Assembly: GCF_037042905.1 (NCBI RefSeq)
Contig: NC_087251.1
Location: 26,166,001-26,230,000, forward strand
Source: Lytechinus pictus
Taxonomy: Eukaryota
DNA length: 64,000 bases
Direction of reading: 5' to 3'
A program made the position numbers and the translations under genes. Below the pieces are notes generated by a model. It ran no database searches, was not told the DNA's origin, and saw only the letters and a list, made by a program, of their open reading frames with translations. Positions 26,406 through 38,400 of this stretch are shown piece after piece; within the stretch, counting starts at the first letter, position 1; every line of letters begins with the position of its first letter.

Positions 26406-29400
26406 GTAAGTCTTTCCTTTTTTTTATGTTGGATATTATTTTCCAAAATAAAAAGCGATCCACAAAACAAATGCAGTTTTTCAGCCTCGGTCCCGCACGT
26501 TCACTTTCCGGTTTGATGCGAACAAAAATTTATCACTCAAAACACCAGTCACTATTAAACTAAAGTAAAGCCTAACGGAAGCAGGTAAAATCTGAGTGGT
26601 AGTCATTGATACAATCTTGCTTTGTAAAGCTGAGCTGTTCCATGATAGGTACCGTATGGGCACTAGTATTCAACCCGGCATAAATCAAAGATTTTGACAA
26701 ATTCCCCCAAATATTTAGAAATAGGGAATTTATCTTAATTTCATACCTTTGTTTGTTATTTCCAGTGTAATCTGTTGTCGGTATTTTCTTTATCAATCTG
26801 TCGACTGTATGCGCGGAGGATCGAATTATGCGGCGATGACCTTTTGCACTGAAATGCACTAGTATTCAACCTAGTGATGATAGATGGCTAATTTCAAAGT
26901 GGTTTAGATTGCTAAATTAGATCTAGATTTATGTAAGTCTCTGGCTTTGATTAATTCCCTGTTTGGTCTCATCTAAATTGGTCTAGTCCATAGTCGGATG
27001 GGACAAGGGCAGATTGAAAGACGGGGCCATCTTTCATCGCTAGGTTGAATACTTGTGCCGACGGATTGAATACTAGTGCCAAAAACCATCTCCGTATAAT
27101 TCGATCGCCCGCGCACACAGTCGACGGGTTGAAGAAAAAAATAACGGAAAAAGAATAACCAGCATTTGCTCTTGGAAATAAGACGGGTCTGAAATTCAGG
27201 TAAATTCTATATTTCTATATATTTGAGGAAACTCTCCAAACGGGTTGAATACTAGTGCCCTTACGGTATGACAAAATAATTTAGACTAGAGTAAGCTGCC
27301 CAGGCGCAGGCCGGCAGAAGTTTTTTCATTGCAATATTTTTTTTTAATTAAAAATGTCTTTTCACAAAATGAAATTTGCATCAATGTTTGTTGAATATAT
27401 ATTTTTTATTGCAATGTGTATTTCCTCCTATCTCAAAAATCTTGAAAAGTATCACTATGTTTTACGCAGCCATTCAACAGCATTGCGCATCACGGCTAAA
27501 AGTCGATGCGTACGAGAGCTGCTGAATTTGCGTCGCATAGCATGCAATATGCAACTCGGAAGTTGCAGTGGCCATTCTCCCCTACATTCAATCGGACACC
27601 ATGTGGAATGGAGGCCTACCGCTAGCATTCCATTAACTTGATTTCTTTGCAAATTCAATGCGGTAGAGCTTTTCAGTTTTTTCTTTTTTCATTGGTCATT
27701 TTGAAGGTATGATCCTAAATTTGCAAAAATGTTCACAAACTCAGAACAAAAGAATTAATTAAAGGAAAGATTAAGTGAGGGAGCAGCGTAAGATCAAGTT
27801 TTCATATTCAGAATGTAAATTTGGCCATTTAAATATATGCACTGGCAATTAAAGACTACTTCACACAACTTTACTTCATTTTGTTTATTTAAGAAAATAT
27901 GACTTCAATAAAAATGAAGATGTTTGGCAAGAGTTCCATATGCACCCCCCACTAAAATTGAAAATAAAATCATGGAGAAGGTTCAGAATAATATATCTAG
28001 CCATAATATAGAACATATACAGGCCTCTACAAAAAAATATTTCGTCACTTGCCCTGTCGGGCAAGTGATGAAAAAAATTGCTTGCCTGATAGATAAAACT
28101 GCTTGCCCTATTTGTTTTATAATTATTTTTATTGACGGCACTACTCTTATTTTTAAAGGTCATACAAAATAACAACAATTGAGAATCATGTACAGTATAA
28201 AAGAACACACATTTAAAAGTTTATTTTCAGCAACGTAGGCCTGAGTCATTACGTTTATTTTGATTTTTTTTTCGCTATTTATGAATGGGGCTTAATTTAA
28301 GGTTTAAAAAAAACTTCACCAAAAGTTGCTAAAATTTCATATTTTGCATCTTTAAATCCACGAAATGGTTATCTGTTTGCCATATTTCCTTAGAATTGTT
28401 TTGATTTAGTTGGAAACTATAAAGAAAGCCAGTGAAAAATATTCAGCTCTTTATTGACTCTGAAGAAGATTGTTTTATGATGTTTAGAAAAAAAAGAATC
28501 AAAAGTGGAGTGGCTAAAATTTCACATTTTGCATCTTTAAATCCATGAAATGGTCATTTATTTTCCATATTTCCATGATATTTTTTAATTAGTTGGAAAC
28601 TATCAAGAAAATTAAGAATATTCACCTCTCTCTTGTCTTTTCTTCATCATTTTATGATGTTACACTCGGTCAATATATTTTTTTATTGTAGGCCCGCATG
28701 TAGACTTTCATGGTTTTTTTTCCATGGTGTTGCAGCATTGATCGTTGATCATATCGTTTGATCGTTTTACACTTGGTCAACATGAAAGTCTACATGTGGG
28801 CAAGCCTTGAAATAAGCACCTGTGAGCCGGGGGCAATTTTTTTTGAAAATTTTTTACAGGAACCGGGGGCAATTAAAAAAATATATATAACGGTGAACAA
28901 CACCGCAAATTTGTTTATAGTAAGCGCAGCTCCTGCAATTTTTTAATTAGTACATGAATAGCATATGCTAAGTATTAGGCTTATTCAAACATTTAAGAAA
29001 TCAGATTTAAATGTTTAAGTGTGTTTGGACACCCTCACTCCACATCCCCTTTACAACCACACACACATGGGCTTATTTATTTTTCATCTTTAATGAACCA
29101 CGATCAATGAACCCCCCCCCAAAAAAAAAAAAAAATCTAAATAAATGAATAAAATAAAAATTAAAAAAAAGAGAGAGAGATGGAGAAAGATAGAATTCAG
29201 ATCAAATAATGATAAATTTAGAAAAAATAAATAATTTATAAGGTTTTTTTTCATGGTTAGAATGTGGGTGTGGGTGAGTGTTTGTGTGTGATTGTGACTG
29301 TGAGGTGCACTTGGATTGCATATAAATTATGTTAAAGAAATGAAGAAATGAAATCAATATCTAACTCAGTCTATTCAAATTCCAGCACATAGCCACAGGC

Positions 29401-32400
29401 TAGCTATGTGCATGTATTGTAGGTTGAATCAGGGACAACTCGGACCACGGGACAACTCGGACTGTGGGCCGAGTTGTCCCACCCGTTTCGTGATTTTTTT
29501 CTCCACAAATTTTCGTCTATTTTTCCGTCATTTCGAAATTTCTTGTAAAGATTTTCTAGAGATATGGTCTGATGGTAATGTTCTTCACTTTCTATTACTT
29601 TTTTTTTGCTGAAATAAATAAAAAAGTGTAATTTTAGGCGTTTTTTTTGACAGCTCGCGATTCCCATAGGCGCGCGTGTATTAACTGTGTAGGTGCTCGG
29701 CTCGGCCCCGCTCAACAACTGACTTGATTATGTGATCATTTCTCCTCAAGTTACCACTTTTATCGCAGAAGATGGACTTTCTTGTATTCCATTAACTCCA
29801 TTTTCTCATCAAAAGGATAAAATTTGGAGTATTTGCAAGATTTTCTTAAAGTTTTTCACCTTTTCTCTCTGGTCGTAAGAAGCGAACAACCGATGAACGG
29901 TCCGCTGCTCTTCATCGCAATTCTACGTAGCTCGGCCGCCTAAACTGGCGGGGTGGGATTCAGCCCGAATCCCCAATGGAAGTGGGCGTGCACAGTCAAA
30001 GAGCTGAGCTTGACTGAGTGAGAGAGTGAACTACAGCTTGAAGCTTGGCAGTGTCGTATAGGCTCTGCCTTTTTTTTGTGTAAATATATATATATTTTTT
30101 TTATTTTTTCTATATTGATTTTCCCTGGTGTAGAGCTTTAAGATTGTAATAATTTAATATGCTTTAATTTCTTTGACTGAGTGTGACTGTGGTGTGGATG
30201 TTTGAGTCGCACAAAAAATACTTTTACGTGGGTGGGGGCTCGGGACGGTTCACTCCTGCCCCCGAAATGTGAACAATATTTGCGATGTCGCTGTGTTGGC
30301 ATGCCGGGCTGAGGGTAGCCATCAATAATTTTTTTTTTTGGGGGGGGGTTAATTTTTAATCAAATTGATTATTTTTAGGCCTATTAACTTTGTTTACATT
30401 TTATTTTTATTTTTTATATTGAGTTTCCCTGGTGTAGAGAGCTGAGTTTTAAGTTGCAATAATCAATATGCTTCAATTTCTTTGACTCTTGAGTGTGACT
30501 GTGGTGTGGATTTTTGAGTTGCACAAAAAATACTTTTATGTGGGTGGGGGCTCGGGGCGATTTCACTCCTGCCCCCGAAATGTGAAAAAATATTCGGGGT
30601 GTAGCTGTGTGGGCATGCTGGGCCGTGCTGAGGGTAGCCATCAATAAAAAAATGTTTCATTGGGGCTTACTTTTTTAATGGAACTATAATTATTTTTAGG
30701 CCTATTTAATTTTTATATAAATTTCATTTTTATATTGAGTTTCCCTGGTGTAGAGAGCCGAGTTTTGGAGATGACGAGAGGGACGAGGAGGTGAGGGATG
30801 AGGATCTTTGATGAGAGGGGTGCATGGAGATGGTGAGAGGGACGAGGATGTGAGGGATGGGGATGATCATGGGAGGAAATCCCAGGGGGGGACGTGTCCC
30901 CCTACCAAAATAGTAAGGGGGACACAATATCAAATGTCCACCCTACTATTTTTCTTCTTGAATAATGGAGAACAAATACATCATTCACAATCGAAATAAT
31001 ACATGTATTTAGGACTAAATGACCCTATATTTTTGAAAACCCTTTTTTTTTCTTGTCAAGTTATTGAATTTTAAAGTTAAACAATATTTTGTGAAAACAG
31101 TCGTCATGAATATTCATTAGGTGGGCTGATGATGTCACATCCCCACTTGTTCTTTTGTATTTTATTATATGAAATTAAGGTTTATTCAAATGTTTTCCTC
31201 CAAGAACTAGAAAAATTGGATTGACAACTGATTTAGTGCATTAGATATTTATTGCTGCAACTTATTTCATTATAAGGGAGACATATTATTCACACAAGTA
31301 TGAAATAATGAAGAAAAAAAAATGATTTATGTAATAACATAAGAAAACGGAAAGTGGGGATGTGACATCATCAGCCCACCTTATGAATATTCATGACGAC
31401 TGTTTTTACAAAATATTGCTAAACTTTAAACTTCAATAACTTTATTATTTGTTAACCGATTTTGATGAATTGACCGAATTGTCGGCATTTTGCTCAGTGA
31501 ATTCTACTCTATGTATTTAGATATAAATATTTTCAGCCCGGACCATCCCTTTAACCGAAGGTTGTAAGTTTCTGAAATGACAGCATAACTTACATGTAGA
31601 AAGTATTTGGACATAGTTCATGAAACTTGGACAATCAAGTATCACTGAACATCCTGCAGCAAGTTTCAGGTCACATTATCAAGGTCAAAGGTCATTCAAG
31701 GTCAATGAACTTTGGCCATGTGGGGGTATTTGTTGAATAACTAATTTTGAATAACTATTTTATAGTAGTTTTCAAAGTCAGCACTGCTCCCGGGCACTGC
31801 TGCTATATTGAATCGTGTAATGCAGGTGAGACTGCCAGAGACGTTCCACTTGTATATGTACAGGGCTCTCTTTTAACTCAGTTTTTTTTTTTATTGAAGA
31901 GACCACTCTTTCTCTAGAAAACAGAAATAATAAATAAATCATTTAAAGGGATGCTCCGGGATGAAAATATTTATATATAAATAGATATAGTAACATCACA
32001 TATTAAAGTGCTTATTTCATAAAAATCTGATAACAAATAGGGGGGTTATTAAATTGAACGTTTAAAAATTAATCTAATTTCATATAATAAAATATAAAGA
32101 AAAAGTGAGGATATGACATCATGAGCTTGCTTATTGAATATCCATGAAGACACGCCAGACCTGTTTCACCAGAATAATGCAAACCATTCTTTAAAATGCA
32201 GCGATAATTTTGTTATTCCTTATCTGATTTTGATCAAATTTTCATTGTTTTCTTTGTTCAAATCATATCATTTTCAGCCTGGAGTACCCCATTATGACTT
32301 ATCTATATAACTCATTAATATTGCCACAATTTGGTCCAGTTGTTCAAATTATCTAGTAAATACAATATATTTTATTATTAGAAAAGCTTGTCATTAGAGT

Positions 32401-35400
32401 CATTGAGAAGGTGATCATAGAGCTAATGCTTGTGTCAACAATTTATCAACTACGTGACCTGCAACTTGCATAATTTATGTAAATATATACCAAAAGTCAA
32501 CAATTTTCTAACTGGTACACCTTAAATGATTACATCCATAATTATGATACCAGGAACTAGAAAATGTAGATTGGAAAACAACACTAGGGCAACTTAGTGT
32601 TAGATACAGATTTCAGTTTTCTAGAATGGGTGATATTCTATTCAAAGAAAAACAAAAACAACATCACTCCAAAGGAACTGCAAAAATTATTTGATAAAAA
32701 CAAAACCCTCTTCATAGTTGCTCTTTGCAATATCGTATTGACCACCCTTCTCCTGTTTTTAAAACCCAGACAAGCATGATTTGTTGCTACCCCCCCCCCC
32801 CTTCCATGTACCTGTCATTTCTTTGTATTTTCCCTCTTTTTCTTTGTTTTTTCTATTGATCGATGTATCAGTGTTTAGTATTGTTGTCTTTTTTTATACC
32901 AGTAATAGAATATAAATTTAATTGAAATGAGAGTGATGAACATAATGAAAAAGGGAGACAATGATAAGATAAGAATGGAGATAAAATATTACAATTTACA
33001 GAATATAACATATACATGTATATTTCTATTTATTCAAAGTTCACAATTCATTTTTATTCAGGTTTACATTTAAAATTTAAACAAGTTAATTAAGTGATGC
33101 ATTTTGGAACAATACTAAATTAAATACATTTTATATTGAATAAACAATAATTGGTAAAAATACAAAACACAAAACTTCTAACTCTATTCTTTCCTCCTGT
33201 AAAAAATTACAAACTAAATGAAATGGACATTAGTTCCAGTGGCAAATCGGGGGGGGGGGGGGCACATTCCGCCCCCCCCCCCCCCCCTTGAGAGGTACTC
33301 AAAAGGCAACTGCTTGTCAAATTTTTCCTGGGAAAAATTATGATTTGGTAGTGAAGACCTTTTGTCAAAAAATTCCTATACAAAATGCCCTCCGGCCCTG
33401 TAGGGAAATTTTGGATCCGCCCTTGATTATATTTCAAATGGGAATAAGACCGAGTGGCCCTAAAACTTGATTGAAAAAAATATTCACAACTGCAGGGCAA
33501 GGCTTCAGTCTCCAAGCTCACGACTGTGCAAGTACATCCACTTCCATTGGCAATTCCGGCTGAATTCCACCCTGGCAGCCTGACATCCACCCTTACCAAG
33601 AAATAAAATTAAAGAAAGTAAATCAGGGAAAAACAAGGAATGGCACAATGAATTACATCAATTTATTTTAAATCCTGTAAAAAATAAGTAATCATTAATT
33701 CAATTAAAAATTAAGCCCCAAATAAAACATTTTTTTATTGATGGCTACCCTCAGCCTGGCATGCCCACACAGATACACCTAGAACATTTTTACATTTCGG
33801 GGGCAGGAGTGAAAATGCTCCGAGCCCCACATAAGTATTTTTTCCGTGACTCAAATTTCCACACCACAAAGTCAAAGAAATTGAAGCAGTAGCATACGCA
33901 GGATTTTTTAAAAGGGAGGGGGTTCAAGCTGAATGAAATGTTGATCAACAAAGGAAAAAAAAGTTCTTTACCACCAATTTTAGGTCGTTTCCTCCCAAAA
34001 AAATGACAAGCAAACAAACAAACCCCCCCAAAAAAAATTAGGGGGGCCGGGGAATGGGTATAAAAAATTTTTTAGGGTGATTGAACGCCTGTAATCACCC
34101 CCTACGTACGCCACCAAATTGAAGCATAATTATTGCAACTTAAATCTCAGCTCTACACCAGCGAAACTCAGTATAAAAAAAAAAGGATATAAAAAATAGA
34201 CCTAAAAATAATTAATTTAATTAAAAATAAAGCCCCCAAATGAACTTTTTTATTGATGGCTACCCTCATCCCGGCATGCCCACACAGCTACACCCCAAAC
34301 ATTTTTTCACATTTCGGGGGCAGGAGTGAAATCGCCCCGAGCCCCCACCCACGTTAAAGTATATTTTGTGCGACTCAAACATCCATACCACAGTCACACT
34401 CAGAGTCAAAAAAATTGAAGCATATTAATTATTGCAACTTAAAGGAAAATGAAACTCTTGGAGCAAGTTAGCTTTTGTGAAAGCAGAAAAATCAAAGAAT
34501 AAGATCAACAAAAGTTTGAGTAAAATAGGACTAGCAATAGAAGAGTTATGAGCATTTGAATGTCGAGATCACTAATGCTATGGAGATCCTCCCATTGGCA
34601 ATGCGACCAAGATCTATGATGTCACAGTTGAACAACTCTCCCCTTTTGGACACTGAAAATATACCCCAAAACATCTCTTTCTGCTCATTCTAATCATATG
34701 ACAAACGATTCATCAATGATATAATGTTGTGAAACCTCTGTACTTGTCCTCTCATAAAGAGAACACCTCACTTTGTGATAGACTCTATAAAAGTGAGAAT
34801 ATAAGTGAAATAAGTACTAAAGTAATGAGCGAGTTGTACGTGTGTGACATCACAGATCTTGGTCGCATTGCCAATGGGAGGATCTACATGGCATTAGTGA
34901 TCTCAATATTCAAATGCTCATAACTTTCTTATTATTCATTCAATCTTCCTCAAACTTTCAACAATATGTTTCTTTGATTTTTTTCTTTGATATGGATTCA
35001 GCTGGTTTCAAGGGTTTCATTCTCCCTTAAACTCAATATTAAAAAAAAAAAAAAAAAAAAAAAATGTAAAGGCCTAAAAGTAATCAATTTGATTAAAAAT
35101 TAACCCCCCCCCCAAAAAAAAAAAAAAATTATGGCTACCCTCAGCCCGGCATGCCAACACAGCTACACCACGAATATTTTTTCACATTTCGGGGGCAGGA
35201 GTGAAATCGCCCCGAGCCCCCACCCACGTTAAAGTATATTTTGTGCGACTCGAACATCCATACCACAGTCACACTCAGAGTCAAAGAAATTGAAGCATAT
35301 TAATTATTGCAACTTAAACTCAATATAAAAAAAATTTAAAAAAATAAAAAAATATATATAAAGGCCTAAAAGTAATCAATTTTATTAAAAAATTAAGCCC

Positions 35401-38400
35401 CCAAAATATTTTTTTTTTATTGATGGCTACCCTCAGCCCGGCATGCCAACACATTTACAACGCGAATATTTTTTCACATTTCGGGGGCAGGAGTGAAATC
35501 GCCCCGAGCCCCCACCCACGTAAAAGTATTTTTTGTGCGACTCAAACATCCACACCACAGTCACACTCAGTCAAAGAAATTAAAGCATATTAAATTATTA
35601 CAATCTTAAAGCTCTACACCAGGGAAAATCAATATAGAAAAAATAAAAAAATATATGTATATGTTTACACAAAAAAAAGGCAGAGCCTATACGACACTGC
35701 CAAGCTTCAAGCTGTAGTTCACTCTCTCACTCAGTCAAGCTCAGCTCTTTGACTGTGCACGCCCACTTCCATTGGGGATTCGGGCTGAATCCCACCCCGC
35801 CAGTTTAGGCGGCCGAGCTACGTAGAATTGCGATGAAGAGCAGCGGACCGTTCATCGGTTGTTCGCTTCTTACGACCAGAGAGAAAAGGTGAAAAACTTT
35901 AAGAAAATCGTACAAATACTCCAAATTGTATCCTTTTGATGAGAAAATGGAGTTAATGGAATACAAGAAAGTCCATCTTCTGCGATAAAAGTGGTAACTT
36001 GAGGAGAAATGATCACAAAATCAAGTCAGTTGTTGAGCGGGGCCGAGCCGAGCACCTACACAGTTAATACACGCGCGCCTATGGGAATCGCGAGCTGTCG
36101 AAAAACGCCTAAAATTACACTTTTTTATTTATTTCAGCAAAAAAAAAGTAATAGAAAGTGAAGAACATTACCATCAGACCATATCTCTAGAAAATCTTTA
36201 CAAGAAATTTCGAAATGACGGAAAAATAGACGCAAATTTGTGAAAAAAAAATATCGTAATGGGTGGGACAACTCGGCCCGCGGTCCGAGATGTCCCGTGG
36301 TCCGAGTTGTCCAGACCCCTTGTAGGTTCATGTACCTTAAGTTTTTCACAAGTTATTTGAAAACGCAGATCTCCACAGAAAATGCCTTTCATTCATGGAG
36401 AGTCTAAATTTGGTGAAAATGTATTCATTAATAACTTGAATATTCATCACAATGAAGAAATCATAAAGTTTTTTGACAGTTTTCAAAAATTAACATGAAA
36501 TCTAAACTCTATCTGAAATGGAAAATCACCATCACTTAGGCCATTACTGATAGAATTCTCACCCAGAGCTCTGGCAGAGAACATGAGCTCAAACTGGCTA
36601 GCTCTAACACCACACTCAAGTGCACGGCGTCCTCCTATTTTTTTTTTAGATGGAGCCTTGTTTGATAATTTATTGTCTGATATTTACCCCTCTCCAAGAA
36701 AAAAATTAAAAAGCTACAATTCACAACTATAAGCTAAGTGATTTTGGATTATTAAGGCTCCGTTTTGACAAGCAAAGTCGGCGACTGTGAGGATAAAAGA
36801 CTCGCACATCGTATGTGCTGTGAACAGGGATTTATCTCCTGTGCAATTCGAATTACTATATCGCAGAATGGTGATATCCCAACTGGAAATGTGTGCATTA
36901 GAAATTGAACATGATGAAGTATGGGAAAACCGCTACCGGAAGCACGCACACATGTATTACCAAAAAAAAAAGACACACGTAGCTCACTTTTTATGGTACA
37001 GAAAAAAGACGCACTTACCTGTTTATCGTAAATTGAAAGTTACTTGATTTTGGCTTTTCAGATATTTAAATTACATGTATGATATGGCTTGACTGCTCAC
37101 TCAAGGCGGGCGCAATTACCTGGAAAATATTTGCGCCCGGTCGTCAAAATTTTGATGATTTTGGGGCTTTATGGGCGCAATTGATGGCTTTATGAGCGCG
37201 AATTTGCGCTCAGCGCCCGCTTATTTCAAGGCTTGCATGTGGGACCACAATAATAAAAAGCATTTACGAGTGTAACATCATAAATCAGAGTAAAGAAAGA
37301 GCTGAATATTCTTCATTTTTTCAGTAGTTTCCAACTAAATCAAAACAATTTCAAGGTAATATGGAAAATAGATGGCCATTTCATGGATTTTTGCAAAATG
37401 TGAAATTTTAGCCACTTTTGGTGGGGTTTTTTTGGTGTGCATCGCAAATTGCTCAAGTAGCGCATGCGCAGTCATTGCACACGTAGAACGTAAGATGCGA
37501 TGGCACGGTTTTTCGAACGAGGTACCTGGCGATAAATTATTGGTAATTGGCGCTGATTTTACATCAGTTTCCACTGGTTTGACATAATCTGAGAGATAGT
37601 TGTGATTATCCAAAAGATATTGAAATTTAGAGGGTCTACTGATATTTTATTTCCAAAACAACCACTTGCCCGATCGGGCAATTGACTTTGAGAAATGCTT
37701 GCCCGCACGTCATTTTCACTTGCCTCGGGCAAGCGGGTTTGTAGCGCCCTGCACATATAATGGGGGAGTGGAAATACATACCAAAATATGGCTTTATTCC
37801 GTCAAATTTCAAGCAGGATCTAGTGCGTGTAATTGTCCATAAACATCGGTTTATTTAGTCAGTAAAGGGTCTGTGAGTCTTGACTAGTCAAACTATTGGC
37901 TGATAATCGTAAAAATACCCCTTCCGGTATCGGCGCTTCTCGCTAGCATAGCGGGAAGAGGTCTTGACTGCAGATAAAACAAGGTGAGTTCGAGTCCCAA
38001 CTAAGGTAAGCAACAGTAAAAAAATGATAGAAAAATCTTAGGTGAACGAACCGGAAGTCTCAACAATCTTTTGTTATTTTTGGTGGGGGGTGCATATGGA
38101 ACTCTTTCCAGATGTTTGAACAGGCCTCCCACCTCTCGAACATGTGTTTGGATATATCGAGCAGCAGAAGTGCATTAGAATTCAAATCAAATATTTGGCT
38201 GATTCAGTGTGATAATAATAATAATATCATGTGTGAACTTCACTTTCTGAATTTTTAGTTGTGATAAAAAATAACTTTTTTCTCTTGCTTTTCTGGCAAA
38301 AAAATGCTTCTCACTTCACTACTGCCATCTTCATCACTGCATGGTGTGGTTCACTGATGCTGGAATAGCTAAAGTCAAATTTCATAAGATTGATTTTGTT

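Larger units (their letters stand above)
29426..36319. mobile_element. Foldback/MULE-like element (6.9 kb) with inverted arms over 1.3 kb containing ~290-bp tandem repeats
   Basis: Perfect 9-bp TSD TTGTAGGTT at 29417-29425 and 36320-36328; 29433-30765 is the reverse complement of the right arm (~34140-36312). Confidence 0.9.
28801..37235. mobile_element. Third shell, CAAG-terminal element with 8-bp TSD (hAT- or P-like)
   Basis: Perfect TIR CAAGCCTTGAAATAAGC; perfect TSD CATGTGGG at 28793-28800 and 37236-37243. Confidence 0.85.
28020..37751. mobile_element. Second shell, hAT-like
   Basis: TIR CAGG(C/G)C(T/G)CTACAAA; TSD AACATATA/CACATATA; subterminal CACTTGCC...GGGCAAG motifs at both ends. 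Confidence 0.78.
27926..38109. mobile_element. Outer shell of the nested transposon cluster (GG...CC termini, Merlin-like)
   Basis: TIR GG(C/A)AAGAGTTCCATATGCACCCCCCAC; perfect 8-bp TSD AGATGTTT at 27918-27925 and 38110-38117. Confidence 0.85.

Noticed and set aside
29431..29480. GGGACAACTCGG repeats and ~290-bp units as a CRISPR-like array
   Set aside because: Eukaryotic context, no unique spacers, no cas genes; these are transposon terminal and internal repeats.
33207..33599. 130-aa minus-strand ORF in the foldback spacer as captured gene or transposase
   Set aside because: It runs through a G/C-run MITE and a decayed arm motif; no recognisable domain.
36752..37756. Several short ORFs in the shells of the nested cluster
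   Set aside because: No recognisable transposase motifs or convincing splice structure.
37937..38005. Functional tRNA-Cys gene
   Set aside because: Acceptor and T stems do not pair properly; kept only as a tRNA-derived relic.
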